A stretch of DNA of 64,000 nucleotides, taken from Pseudomonadota bacterium (lineage in GTDB: Bacteria > Bdellovibrionota_B > Oligoflexia > Oligoflexales > CAIYRB01). The DNA lies in contig JANOTL010000075.1 in assembly GCA_031416315.1 (NCBI GenBank), forward strand, positions 1 to 64,000, written 5' to 3'. Position 1 is the stretch's first letter; each line of letters starts with the position of its first letter. Under the pieces are notes generated by a model, which did not search any database, was not told the origin of the DNA, and saw only the letters and a program-made list of their open reading frames with translations. Shown in pieces: positions 50,413 to 61,134 of this stretch. A program made the position numbers and the translations under genes.

Positions 50413-51428
50413 CGGGCGTGAAAGTCGCGATCGTCGGCGCCACCGGGGCCGTCGGCCGGGAGATGGTGAAGGACCTCGAAGATTCGAGCCTCACGGACAT
50501 CGATCTGAGCCTCTACGCCTCGCCGCGCTCCGCCGGCAGCCGCGTGCAGTTCCGCGACAAGACGCAGGAGGTCCAGGCCTTCTCGGTCGAGAAGCTGAAG
50601 GGCGTCGCCTACGTCTTGATGAGCGCGGGCGGCGGTTTTTCGCGCGAGTTCTCCCGTGCCCTGGTTGCCCAAGGCTCTACCGTGATCGACAACAGCAGCG
50701 CCTTCCGCATGGACGAGGGCTCGCCGCTCATCGTCCCCGAGGTGAACGGCGACCTGCTCTTGCGCGACGCGACGCCGAAGATCATCGCCAATCCAAACTG
50801 CTCGACCATCCAGATGGTCGTCGCTTTGAAGCCCTTGGCCGACCACTTTGGCCTCGAGCTCGTCCAGGTCTCGACCTACCAGTCGGTCTCTGGCACGGGG
50901 CAGAAGGGGATGAGCGAGCTCGCCGAGCAGTTGGAGGCGCGCTTCAAGTTCCAGCCGGTCGAGCCCAAGGTCTACGCCCAAGAGATCGCTTTCAACATGA
51001 TCCCGGCGATCGACGTGTTCGACGGGGACGGGCACTGCTACGAAGAAGTGAAGATGGTGAAGGAGACGCGCAAGATCATGAACCTGCCGTCCCTGGAGAT
51101 CCTGTCCTCGACCGTGCGCGTGCCGACCTTCAACTGCCACGGCGAGACCGTCCTGGTGAAGCTTTCGCGGGCGGTGACGCGCGAGGAAGCCTTCCTGGCG
51201 CTGGAGAGCGGCAAGGGCCTGGTCGTAGTACGTGACGACGACCACAAGGAGCTGCCGACCCCGAAGACGGTGACCGGCGACCCTCGGGTCTTCGTGTCGC
51301 GCGTGCGCTTGATGTACGGTTCGAAGAGCTCGCCCTGGGTGCAGTTTTGGAACGTCGCGGACAACCTCAAGAAGGGCGCGGCCACCAACGCGGTGCAGAT
51401 CCTGGAGACCCTGCTCAAACTTCCGTGA
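50409..51428 (+). CDS. asd: Aspartate-semialdehyde dehydrogenase
   Basis: GATGAVG, NPNCSTIQM, DNLKKGAATN. Confidence 0.97.
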   Translation: MTGVKVAIVGATGAVGREMVKDLEDSSLTDIDLSLYASPRSAGSRVQFRDKTQEVQAFSVEKLKGVAYVLMSAGGGFSREFSRALVAQGSTVIDNSSAFRMDEGSPLIVPEVNGDLLLRDATPKIIANPNCSTIQMVVALKPLADHFGLELVQVSTYQSVSGTGQKGMSELAEQLEARFKFQPVEPKVYAQEIAFNMIPAIDVFDGDGHCYEEVKMVKETRKIMNLPSLEILSSTVRVPTFNCHGETVLVKLSRAVTREEAFLALESGKGLVVVRDDDHKELPTPKTVTGDPRVFVSRVRLMYGSKSSPWVQFWNVADNLKKGAATNAVQILETLLKLP

Positions 51429-51465
51429 TATCCTAAGGAATCCCGTTCCTTCGGAGGTGATCGTG

Positions 51466-52449
51466 ATGCGCATCCGCGCGCTGCTCGTCGGTTTCGCACT
51501 TCTCGCCACGCCGTTCAGCGCTCTCGCGCAGGACGACGAGGATCCGCCGATGCCCGAGGATGCGGCGGAGGCGCCGCCTCCCGAGGCAGCCTCTGACGAG
51601 CTCGACGACTCTGTGGCGAAGCCGGAAGACGCAGCGGCCGCGGCCGCTGCGGCTGATGCGCCTGTGGCCCCCGCGCCCGAGACGGCGGCTCCGGCCGCAG
51701 CGGTCGCGCCCGCGCCCGAAGGCTCCCTCAGCCTCGACAAGGCGGTCGTGCCTCGCATGTTCGGCAAGTACCGGATCCGCCTCGGCATCGCCAATCCGAA
51801 GTTCGACGACGGCCTGAAGTTTTACAAAGAGCTCTACGGCAATCCGCGCGGCTTTCCGATGCTGAACGTCGACTACTTCCCGTTCGACTTTCCGGTGACG
51901 GCCGGCCTCGGCTTGCGCATGGGCTACTACACGGACGAGGGCTTCACGGCGAAGCCGGTGACGAGCAAGGACAAGAAGGACTACGACGCGTCGGATGTCA
52001 CGGAAGACCGCAACGGCCCCGCGAGCATGACCCTGATCCCGCTGCAGATCGGCATCTCGGCGGAGTTCTCGCCCTTCGAGCGCAAGTGGATCGTGCTCGA
52101 CGCGTTCCTGGGCTACGAGAAGCTTTACTGGTGGGAGACGCGCACCGTCACCTCGGAGAGCAAACCCTCGACGGGAGCTACGCCCGCCGCGATCCTAGCC
52201 GAGGCGGCCGGGACGGACGACGCGCTGGTGAACAAAGGTGAGAAGAGCGCCACCGTCCTCGGGCTCGCGCTGAACATCCTGCTGAATCCGATCGACGAGG
52301 CGACGGCGCTGGCCGCGCGCGGAACGCTCGGGATCGGCTCAGTCTACCTGTCGCCTTATCTCGAGATCGTGCGCACGCTGGCGAAAGAGAACGCCTCGTT
52401 CGGACGAACCTCGATGGGACTCGGCTTCACCTTCGAGTCGGCGCGCTAA
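51466..52449 (+). CDS. Putative outer-membrane beta-barrel protein
   Basis: Signal peptide, acidic Ala/Pro linker, alternating beta-strands, C-terminal GLGFTF. Confidence 0.7.
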   Translation: MRIRALLVGFALLATPFSALAQDDEDPPMPEDAAEAPPPEAASDELDDSVAKPEDAAAAAAAADAPVAPAPETAAPAAAVAPAPEGSLSLDKAVVPRMFGKYRIRLGIANPKFDDGLKFYKELYGNPRGFPMLNVDYFPFDFPVTAGLGLRMGYYTDEGFTAKPVTSKDKKDYDASDVTEDRNGPASMTLIPLQIGISAEFSPFERKWIVLDAFLGYEKLYWWETRTVTSESKPSTGATPAAILAEAAGTDDALVNKGEKSATVLGLALNILLNPIDEATALAARGTLGIGSVYLSPYLEIVRTLAKENASFGRTSMGLGFTFESAR

Positions 52450-52458
52450 GGGGCTGGC

Positions 52459-53250
52459 GTGGCCCTTTATCGGCTGGATCTGCGCTACGACGGCGCTCCG
52501 TTTCAGGGGTGGCAGAGCCAACCCGATCAGTCGGGAGTGCAGGACCATCTCGAGCGGGCGTTGAAGACTTTCCTGCGCCACGACGTGCGCGTGACCGGCG
52601 CTTCGCGCACCGACAGCGGCGTGCACGCGGAGCACCAGGTCGCGACCTTCCAAAGCGAGGTGGCGTTCGAGCCGCGGCGCTGGCTGAAAAGCCTGAACGG
52701 GCTCTTGCCGGATTCCGTGGGCGTCGACAATCTGGCGCTGGTCGCGCCGGAGTTTCACCCGATCTTGTCGGCGAAGGCGAAGGCCTATCGCTACCGGCTT
52801 TGGGTGAGCGAGCTGCGTCACCCTTTCGTCGCGCCCTTCGTATGGCAGATGCCTGGAGCCCTGGATCTAGGAGCGATGCGCGAAGAGGCGCGCGCCTTCG
52901 TCGGCGCGCACGACTACACCTCGTTCTGCGCGGTCGACTCGAGCGCGAAGACGAAGCTGCGCAAAGTGATCGAAGTGGATCTGCACGCGGACGGTCCCTT
53001 GATCGAGATCTGGGTCGTCGGCGAGGGTTTCCTGAAGCAGATGGTGCGCAGCATGGTCGGCACCCTGGTCGGCGTCGGCGCCGGCCGGCATCCCCGCGGC
53101 AGCGTGGCGCGGATGCTCGCTGCGAAAGATCGCACGGCGGCCGGTCAGACGGCGCCGGCCTTGGGGCTCGCCCTGGTCAAGATCTTCTACGATGAGGTTG
53201 CGACGGCGGAGAGTCTGCGGGCGGGGCGGGGGATGAAGATCGGGTTCTGA
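52459..53250 (+). CDS. truA: tRNA pseudouridine(38-40) synthase
   Basis: YDGAPFQGWQ, ASRTDSGVHA, FLKQMVR, TAPALGL. Confidence 0.97.
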   Translation: MALYRLDLRYDGAPFQGWQSQPDQSGVQDHLERALKTFLRHDVRVTGASRTDSGVHAEHQVATFQSEVAFEPRRWLKSLNGLLPDSVGVDNLALVAPEFHPILSAKAKAYRYRLWVSELRHPFVAPFVWQMPGALDLGAMREEARAFVGAHDYTSFCAVDSSAKTKLRKVIEVDLHADGPLIEIWVVGEGFLKQMVRSMVGTLVGVGAGRHPRGSVARMLAAKDRTAAGQTAPALGLALVKIFYDEVATAESLRAGRGMKIGF

Positions 53251-53343
53251 GGCACATGAGGCCGACCCCATTTGTCCGTGGGAGCGGTCCGGCATAATGT
53301 GCTATCAATGGAACTAACTCCTTTCTTTTCTAGAGGTTTGCGG

Positions 53344-55143
53344 ATGTCCCGACGCCTTAGCCTTGCTCCCGTCGCCCTGTGCCTCGCCCTTGGTCTCGCC
53401 GCGTGCAAGACCAGCGACGAGCAAGGTAGCGGCAGCGGCTCGGGTGAGAACGAGCGCCTCCGCCCGGACGCCCGCGACACGGCCGACACTCGAGTCCCCG
53501 TCGCCCTCTGGTCGCCGCAGCAGCGCCGCGCCACCGCCTCCTATTATTTCCTCGTCGCCGAATACATGGCGATGAAGGAGCGCGACTACAAGAAGGCGCT
53601 GCCGGTCTACGAGGCGGCGTATGGACTCGATCCGAATCCCTTTCTCGGCGGCAAGATGCTGTCGGCGAAGGCCGCGTCCGGCGACCGTGCCGACGCGATC
53701 CTCGACGCGCGGAAGATGGTGCTCCTCTACCCTCGCGACCCGCAGCTCCGGTTTTTCTACGGCGACATGCTGGCGCAAAGCGGCAAGTTCCCAGAGGCCG
53801 CCGAGCAGCTCGAGAAGTGCACCGAGCTGAATCCGAAGATGGAGACCGCCTACCTCGAGCTGGCCGAGGTCTACCAGCAGCAGAAGGAGCCGGCAAAGGC
53901 GACGGTGGTGATCCGAGAGCTGGTGAGGAACGTTCCGAGCTCGATCGCTGGCTGGTCCCTACTGAGCCGCTATCTGTTGAATGCGCGGGACTACAAGGGC
54001 GCCCTGGTCCCGGCGCGGCGCGCTTGGGAGATGCAGAGCCAGAACCCAGCTTTGACGCAGGTCTACGCCATTCTCCTGCAGCTCAACGGCAAGACGAAGC
54101 AGGCCGTGCGCATATACGAGCAGCTCTACCGGATGGATCCGACCGACGAAGAGACGACCAATCGGATGATCGAGCTCTACCGTGAGCTCGGCAACCTGGA
54201 AGACGCGCTCGCCCTCCTGGAGGAGCTCGAGCGCGCCTCCGTCGCGGAGAAGAAGGCCGGCAGTCGCCCCGCCGTGCAGATGCAGAAGGCGTTCATCCTT
54301 TGGGAGCTGAAGCGCTTCCAACAGGCCTCAGACCTCTTGAGCAAACTCTCCAAGGACAATCCCGAGTCGGACCGCCTACGTTACTTGGCCGCGGTCGGCC
54401 TCGAGCGCACCGAGCAATGGAAAGCGGCGCTCGACGCCTACGCGGCCGTGCCGCCGAACTCGGCGTTCCGCTACCACGCGGACTTTCGCATGATCGTCAT
54501 TTTCAAGGAGCTCAAGCGCTGGGACGACGCCATCGAGCTCGGCCGCAAGACCCTGGCCTCGGCGCAGGCCGAATGGGACGCCTGGGGCATGTTGTCGGGC
54601 GTCTATGCCGATGCCGAGCGCTACAAGGACGCCATCGAGGTCACCGACGACGGCTGGAAGAAATTCCCGACGCGGCCGCGCCTCCTCTTCCTGAAGGGCG
54701 TCTATCAGGAGAAGGCCGGCGACCGCGAAGGCTGCATCGAGACGATGCGCCAGGTGATCGTGAAGGACCCGACCAACTCCAGCGCCTACAACTACCTTGG
54801 CTACCTCTTCGTCGAGCGCGGAGAGAACCTGGACGAAGCCGAGACCCTGATCCGCAAGGCTTTGGAGTTGAAGCCCGACGACGGCTTCTACCTCGACTCC
54901 CTGGGCTGGCTCTACTTCCAGAAGAAGGAGCTCGACAAGGCGGTCGAGTTCCTCGAGAAGGCGCTGAAGATCGAGCCGAAGGAAGGCGTGATCATGGAGC
55001 ACCTCGCCGACGTCAAGAAGGTCAAAGGCGATGCCAAGGGCGCACGCGAGCTCTATGAGGCGGCGCTCAAGACCCCCCTCGAGACGAAGGACCGTCCGCG
55101 GATCGAGGAGAAAGCGAAAGAGCTGCAGAAGGCGGGCCGCTGA
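53344..55143 (+). CDS. TPR-repeat lipoprotein
   Basis: Lipobox LAAC; many TPRs; YNYLGY...DSLGWLYF...EHLAD C-terminus. Confidence 0.9.
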   Translation: MSRRLSLAPVALCLALGLAACKTSDEQGSGSGSGENERLRPDARDTADTRVPVALWSPQQRRATASYYFLVAEYMAMKERDYKKALPVYEAAYGLDPNPFLGGKMLSAKAASGDRADAILDARKMVLLYPRDPQLRFFYGDMLAQSGKFPEAAEQLEKCTELNPKMETAYLELAEVYQQQKEPAKATVVIRELVRNVPSSIAGWSLLSRYLLNARDYKGALVPARRAWEMQSQNPALTQVYAILLQLNGKTKQAVRIYEQLYRMDPTDEETTNRMIELYRELGNLEDALALLEELERASVAEKKAGSRPAVQMQKAFILWELKRFQQASDLLSKLSKDNPESDRLRYLAAVGLERTEQWKAALDAYAAVPPNSAFRYHADFRMIVIFKELKRWDDAIELGRKTLASAQAEWDAWGMLSGVYADAERYKDAIEVTDDGWKKFPTRPRLLFLKGVYQEKAGDREGCIETMRQVIVKDPTNSSAYNYLGYLFVERGENLDEAETLIRKALELKPDDGFYLDSLGWLYFQKKELDKAVEFLEKALKIEPKEGVIMEHLADVKKVKGDAKGARELYEAALKTPLETKDRPRIEEKAKELQKAGR

Positions 55144-55817
55144 TGCGCTTCGTCGCCTTGATGCTCCTCCTCACGGGCTGCATCACCGGCGCGCCGTCGG
55201 AGCCGAAGGCCTTGCCGGCCGTCGTGCATCCGCTCTTCGAGCCCTGCGTTCCGAACGACGGCGCCAGCGCCGTGCAGGTCTTCAAGGACGGCCTGATCCA
55301 GGCGACGCTCGAAGTGCAGTGGAAGGCCAAGGACGACGGCGACTGGGCTCTCGAGGTCACCAACGCGGCCGGCATCACCATGGTCTCGCTGGAGAAGTCG
55401 GGCGCGAGGCTCAACTTCACCGGCAAGGGCGTGCAGCGCTTTCCCAAGCTGACGATCGATGCCGAGGGCTTTTTGGAGGTCGACGGCGATCCGGTCGGCA
55501 TCAAGGCCTCCGAGGTCCCATGCGTGCTCGGCTTCCGTCTGCCCCGCAGCTGGATGAGGCTGGCGTACGACGTCGAGAACGAAGGGAAGAAGCTGACGGT
55601 CGAGATGGCCGACGGCCGCCGGGAGATCCGTATGACGGTGAGGGACACCGACAAGGCGGACTCTTCCTGCACGCGCATCACGTGGAAGAACTACGTCCTC
55701 TTCAAGCAGAAGCTGAACTGGTGTCGATCGGGCGCGTCGGGACAGAAACGCCACGCGGCGCTCACCGGCATCGAGAGCTTCACGTTCAAATGGGTGGCCG
55801 CCGATGACGGCGCCTGA
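55143..55817 (+). CDS. Lipoprotein, LolB-like
   Basis: Lipobox LTGC; QW...WALEVTNAAGITMVSL pattern; translationally coupled to the TPR gene. Confidence 0.55.
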   Translation: MRFVALMLLLTGCITGAPSEPKALPAVVHPLFEPCVPNDGASAVQVFKDGLIQATLEVQWKAKDDGDWALEVTNAAGITMVSLEKSGARLNFTGKGVQRFPKLTIDAEGFLEVDGDPVGIKASEVPCVLGFRLPRSWMRLAYDVENEGKKLTVEMADGRREIRMTVRDTDKADSSCTRITWKNYVLFKQKLNWCRSGASGQKRHAALTGIESFTFKWVAADDGA

Positions 55818-56282
55818 AGGCAGCACCGAGATCCTGGACCTCCTGGCGAAGGGCAGCTATTTGACGCCCAACGTCCGCAGCGCTGTCGCGCGCTTCGCCA
55901 AGCGCTGGGAGCTCTCGCATTTCCATGCGCTCCTCATGACCCGCGCGGTCTCCGAGGCCGACTTGGCCGACGCGCTGGCGAAGGGGCTGGGCATCCATCG
56001 CCTCTTTCACGTCCCGACGCTGACCGTGGACGAAGAATGCTTGAAGATCATTGGCTTTCGCCGCGCGCGCCAGTGGGAGTGCCTGGTGCTGAAAACCGAG
56101 GACGGCGCCTACGATCTCGTCTTCGCCGACCCGACCCAGCACGAGCGGACCCGCCAGCTAAAACAAGAGCTTAAGCGCGAATTGACCTTGAGCGTCAGCG
56201 AGCGAGGAGATATCGTGGGAGCGATCGACGAGTTATTCCCTCTCGCTGAGCAACTGCCCAGCCTCTTCCACCAAGACAGACC

Positions 56283-56286
<4 letters not shown>
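55804..56286 (+). CDS. Stand-alone GspE/PilB N-terminal (MshEN/T2SSE_N-like) domain protein
   Basis: [15 protein letters not shown]...LVFADP...IVGAIDELF; no ATPase domain. Confidence 0.7.
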
Positions 56287-57260
<974 letters not shown>

Positions 57261-57266
57261 GGATCC

Positions 57267-58238
57267 ATGACCGCGCTGCTCACCGTCAAAAATCTGAAGA
57301 AGTTCTTCCCGATCAAGGGCGGGATCCTCGGCCGCACCGTCGCCAACGTGCACGCCGTCGACGATGTCTCGTTCACTCTGCGCAAGGGCGAGACGCTCGG
57401 CCTCGTCGGCGAATCTGGCTGCGGCAAGTCGACGCTCGGCCGCACTTTGCTGCGCCTCTACGAGCCGACCTCGGGCTCGATCGAGTTCGACGGCGTCGAC
57501 CTGCTCAAGCTCTCGACCCAAGAGCTTCGCGCGAAACGCCGCGACATGCAGATCATCTTCCAAGACCCGTTCTCGTCGCTCAACCCGCGCATGACCATCG
57601 GCGCCATCCTCGCTGAGCCCTTCGCCATCCACAAGCTCGGCACCAAGTCCGAGATCGAGGGCAAGGTCAAAAAGCTCCTCGAGACCGTGGGCTTGCCCTC
57701 CGAGGCCGACGGCCGCTACCCGCACGAGTTCTCCGGCGGCCAGCGCCAGCGCATCGGCATCGCGCGCGCCATCGCCTTGAACCCGAAGCTCGTCGTCGCC
57801 GACGAGCCGGTGTCGGCGCTCGACGTGTCGATCCAGTCGCAAATCTTGAACCTGCTCGTCGACCTGCGGAAGAAGTTCAATCTCTCGTACGTCTTCGTCG
57901 CGCACGACCTGGCCGTGATCGAGCACATCTCCGACGTCGTCGCCGTGATGTACCTGGGTAAGATCGTCGAGTACGCCTACGGCGACGATCTCTACAAAGG
58001 ACCGAAGCATCCGTATACGCGCGCGCTGATCTCTGCGATCCCGATCCCGGACGTCGACTACAAAAAGGATCGGCAGATCCTCAAGGGCGACGTGCCGAGC
58101 CCGATCAATCCACCCTCGGGCTGCTACTTCCACCCCCGTTGCCCGATGGCGACCGAGAAATGCAAGGTCGAGGCGCCCGCGACGCGCAACGTCGGGACCG
58201 AGAAAAGGCCGCACCTGGCCGCCTGCCACTATGCCTGA
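57267..58238 (+). CDS. oppF: Oligopeptide/dipeptide ABC transporter ATP-binding protein (OppF/DppF)
   Basis: [35 protein letters not shown]. Confidence 0.93.
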   Translation: MTALLTVKNLKKFFPIKGGILGRTVANVHAVDDVSFTLRKGETLGLVGESGCGKSTLGRTLLRLYEPTSGSIEFDGVDLLKLSTQELRAKRRDMQIIFQDPFSSLNPRMTIGAILAEPFAIHKLGTKSEIEGKVKKLLETVGLPSEADGRYPHEFSGGQRQRIGIARAIALNPKLVVADEPVSALDVSIQSQILNLLVDLRKKFNLSYVFVAHDLAVIEHISDVVAVMYLGKIVEYAYGDDLYKGPKHPYTRALISAIPIPDVDYKKDRQILKGDVPSPINPPSGCYFHPRCPMATEKCKVEAPATRNVGTEKRPHLAACHYA

Positions 58239-59310
58239 GATCGACGTCTGCCTGACCGGCGGCGGCACGGCGGGACACGTCACGCCTCACTTCGCGCTCG
58301 TCCCCGGGATGAAGGCGCGTGGCTGGGGTATGTTCTACGTCGGCGGCGCGGGCCTGGAGAAGCCGTTGGTCGAGGCGCAAGGAATCGCCTTCAAGACGAT
58401 CGCGACGGGGAAGCTACGGCGCTACCTTTCGCTCAAGAACCTGGTCGACTTGTTTAAGATCGCCTTCGGGCTCGTGCAGGCGCTCCTGATCCTGATCGCG
58501 CGGCGGCCCAGCGTCGTGTTCAGCAAGGGCGGCTTCGTGTCGGTGCCGGTCGCTTGGGCGGCGTGGCTTTTGCGCATCCCGGTCGTGTCGCACGAGAGCG
58601 ACGTCACGCCGGGGCTCGCGACGAAGCTGATCGCGCCCTTGGCGAAGAAGATCGTGTTCACCTTTGCGGAGACGGCGAAGTACCTTCCCGCCAACGCGGA
58701 ACGGGTGGGGACGCCGGTGCGGGCGGAGCTGTTCGCAGGAGACCGCGCCAAGGGGCTCGCGCTTTGCGGCTTCGACCCGAGCGAGCCCTTGCCGACCTGG
58801 CTCGTGATGGGTGGGAGCCAGGGCTCGCAGCGCTTGAACGACGCCTTGCTCGCGATCCTCCCCGAGCTGGCCAAGACGGCGCGGGTGATTCACCTCACGG
58901 GCAAAGGGAAGACACTTGCGTATGCGCATCCGCGGTACCGCGGGTTCGAGTTCGTCACGGCGGAGCTACCTGACTTATACGCAGCAAGCGATCTCGTCCT
59001 GAGCCGCGCGGGAGCGAACTCGATCTTCGAGTTCCTGGCGCTGCGCAAGCCCATGCTTTTGATTCCGCTCGAGATCGGCAGCCGCGGGGACCAGGTGGTG
59101 AACGCCGCCTCGTTCGTGAAGAGCGGCTGGGCCGAGGTCTTGCGCGAGACGGAGCTGACGGCGGCGAGCCTCGCGATGAAAATGGGCGAGCTCGAGGCGG
59201 GACGTGAGGGGATCATGGCGAAGCAGCAGAGCTTCGACGGGCGAGATGCGGCGGAGAAGATCCTCGGAGTGCTCGAGGCGGTGGCTCGCCCGCCCTCGGC
59301 GCCGCGCTGA
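58231..59310 (+). CDS. murG: Lipid II GlcNAc transferase MurG
   Basis: [35 protein letters not shown]. Confidence 0.93.
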   Translation: MPEIDVCLTGGGTAGHVTPHFALVPGMKARGWGMFYVGGAGLEKPLVEAQGIAFKTIATGKLRRYLSLKNLVDLFKIAFGLVQALLILIARRPSVVFSKGGFVSVPVAWAAWLLRIPVVSHESDVTPGLATKLIAPLAKKIVFTFAETAKYLPANAERVGTPVRAELFAGDRAKGLALCGFDPSEPLPTWLVMGGSQGSQRLNDALLAILPELAKTARVIHLTGKGKTLAYAHPRYRGFEFVTAELPDLYAASDLVLSRAGANSIFEFLALRKPMLLIPLEIGSRGDQVVNAASFVKSGWAEVLRETELTAASLAMKMGELEAGREGIMAKQQSFDGRDAAEKILGVLEAVARPPSAPR

Positions 59311-60575
59311 TGCTCGGGCAAAGCCTCGCCGGAATCCGAGTGCTCGATGCGTCGCGAGTCCTGGCCGGCCCATTCGCCGGCCAGATTCTTGCCGACCTCG
59401 GCGCCGAGGTCCTAAAGATCGAGGACACGAGCGAGGGCGACGAGACGCGCGGCTGGGGCCCGCCGTTTGGGGAAGACGGCACGAGCGCCTACTTCGCGTC
59501 GTGCAACCGCGGCAAGAAGGGCGTGACTCTAAATTTGAAGACCCCGCGCGGGCGGGAGCTTCTGCACGCCTTGGCGGCGAAGTGCGACATCGTTCTGCTC
59601 AACTTCCGCGCGGCTTCGGCGGCGGGGCTCGGGGCCACGCCGGAGGCGCTCTTGGCGGCGAACCCGAAGGCGGTGATCGTGACGCTCTCTGGTTACGGGA
59701 GCGGACCGGCTTGGGGCGCGAAGCCCGGCTACGATTTCGCGGTCCAGGGCATCAGCGGGATGATGGCCGCGACCGGGCCGAAGGACGGAAGGCCCCACAA
59801 ATTCGGCGTCGCGATCGCAGACCTTGTGACCGGACACTACGCGGCGATCGCGGCCTTGGCCGCATTGCGCGAGCGCGACCGGTCGGGCCAGGGCTTAGTC
59901 GTCGAGCTTGCGCTCGTCGACTGCGCGGTCGCGACGATGGCGAACGTCGCGCAGGCGCATCTGACGACGGGAAAGGCGCCGGCGCGGGTGGGCAATGCGC
60001 ATCTGCAGATCGTGCCGTACGAGATGTTCGAGACGGCGGATGGGTGGTTGATCTTGGCGGTGGGGAATGATCGGCAGTGGCGGGAGTTTTGTGGCGTGGT
60101 GGCGGGGCCGGAAGGCATTTTAACCGCAAAGGGCGCGAAGGACGCGAAGGGGGTGGAAAGAACCTCCTTTGCGCCCTTCGCGCCCTTTGCGGTCAAATTG
60201 CATGACATTCGCTACGCTAGAAACCAGGACCGCGTTCGCTTTCGGGACGAACTCGTCCCGCAAATCGCAGGCGTGATGCGCCTGGCTTCCACCGCCGCCT
60301 GGCGCCAGGCCCTCGACGCCGCGGGCGTCCCCAACGGCCCCGTCTGGACCCTGCCCGAGCTCTTCGCCTCAGACCTCGCCACCGAGCGGAATTTTCGCAT
60401 CTTCGCGCGCCGTGCCGACGGGTCCGAGGTAGCATTGGTGCGTTCACCTCTCGTCGAGTCGCTCGACCCCGCGCCGCCGCCGGCGCGTGGCGAGCATACC
60501 GACGAGGTCTTGTCGGGGATCTTGGGACTTGAATCCGGCGCCATCGCGCGCCTCAGAGCAGAGGGAGTCGTATGA
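59310..60575 (+). CDS. CaiB/BaiF family CoA-transferase carrying a palindromic insertion
   Basis: LAGIRVLD, LAGPFAGQILADLGAEV, NRGKK, GYD, ADLVTG, GEHTDEVL. Confidence 0.93.
   Translation: MLGQSLAGIRVLDASRVLAGPFAGQILADLGAEVLKIEDTSEGDETRGWGPPFGEDGTSAYFASCNRGKKGVTLNLKTPRGRELLHALAAKCDIVLLNFRAASAAGLGATPEALLAANPKAVIVTLSGYGSGPAWGAKPGYDFAVQGISGMMAATGPKDGRPHKFGVAIADLVTGHYAAIAALAALRERDRSGQGLVVELALVDCAVATMANVAQAHLTTGKAPARVGNAHLQIVPYEMFETADGWLILAVGNDRQWREFCGVVAGPEGILTAKGAKDAKGVERTSFAPFAPFAVKLHDIRYARNQDRVRFRDELVPQIAGVMRLASTAAWRQALDAAGVPNGPVWTLPELFASDLATERNFRIFARRADGSEVALVRSPLVESLDPAPPPARGEHTDEVLSGILGLESGAIARLRAEGVV
60123..60193. repeat. 71-bp palindromic element, copy 2 (inside a CDS, in frame)
   Basis: ACCGCAAAGGGCGCGAAGGACGCGAAG - 17 nt - CTTTGCGCCCTTCGCGCCCTTTGCGGT. 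Confidence 0.9.
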
Positions 60576-61051
60576 AGAAGCTGATGAAGATGTTGTCGTT
60601 GACGATCGGGGCCGCTGCATTGGTCACGGGTTGTCTGCACGCGCTGGAGTCGAACGAGGTCACTCGTCTGACAACCTGCAAGAACAACGATTTGAAAAAG
60701 ATCCGCAAGAACCTCTTGCTCGCGGGCTACGAGATCAAGAACGAGTCGGACTCGGACCTCACCACCGACTACAAGCAATACGCCGGCTACGGCGGCGACC
60801 GGAACCTGCGCCGCATCACGGTCGTGAAGCTCGACGGCAAAGACTTCAAGTTCAACGTGCGCCAGAAGTCGAAGTCGATCCAGCGTAACAACAACCAGTA
60901 CTCGAACGGCAACAACAGCAAGAAGGGCGGCACGACGATCAACATCGACGCTTCGCAGCCGATCGAGGTCGAGAACGACTTCGACCAGGAGTACTACAAG
61001 GAGCGGATTGCCCAATACGAGCAAACGCAGCGCGAAGTCTGCGGAAGTTAA
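60572..61051 (+). CDS. Hypothetical lipoprotein
   Basis: Lipobox VTGC; SD GAGGGAG. Confidence 0.8.
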   Translation: MKKLMKMLSLTIGAAALVTGCLHALESNEVTRLTTCKNNDLKKIRKNLLLAGYEIKNESDSDLTTDYKQYAGYGGDRNLRRITVVKLDGKDFKFNVRQKSKSIQRNNNQYSNGNNSKKGGTTINIDASQPIEVENDFDQEYYKERIAQYEQTQREVCGS

Positions 61052-61075
61052 GGGATTTCTAGACGGCATCGGGGC

Positions 61076-61103
61076 TCAAGCCGGGGGCTTGGCGTGCCGA
61101 TCA
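61076..61103 (+). promoter_or_regulatory. sigma28 (FliA)-like promoter
   Basis: TCAAG-N15-GCCGATCA. Confidence 0.7.
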
Positions 61104-61134
61104 AGAGGGAGTCTCTCGGATAAACGAGGTTCCC

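Noticed and set aside
60115..60203. GCAT as target-site duplication of the palindromic insert
   Set aside because: The copies are 85 nt apart, so excision would frameshift the gene, and GCAT does not flank the other copies.
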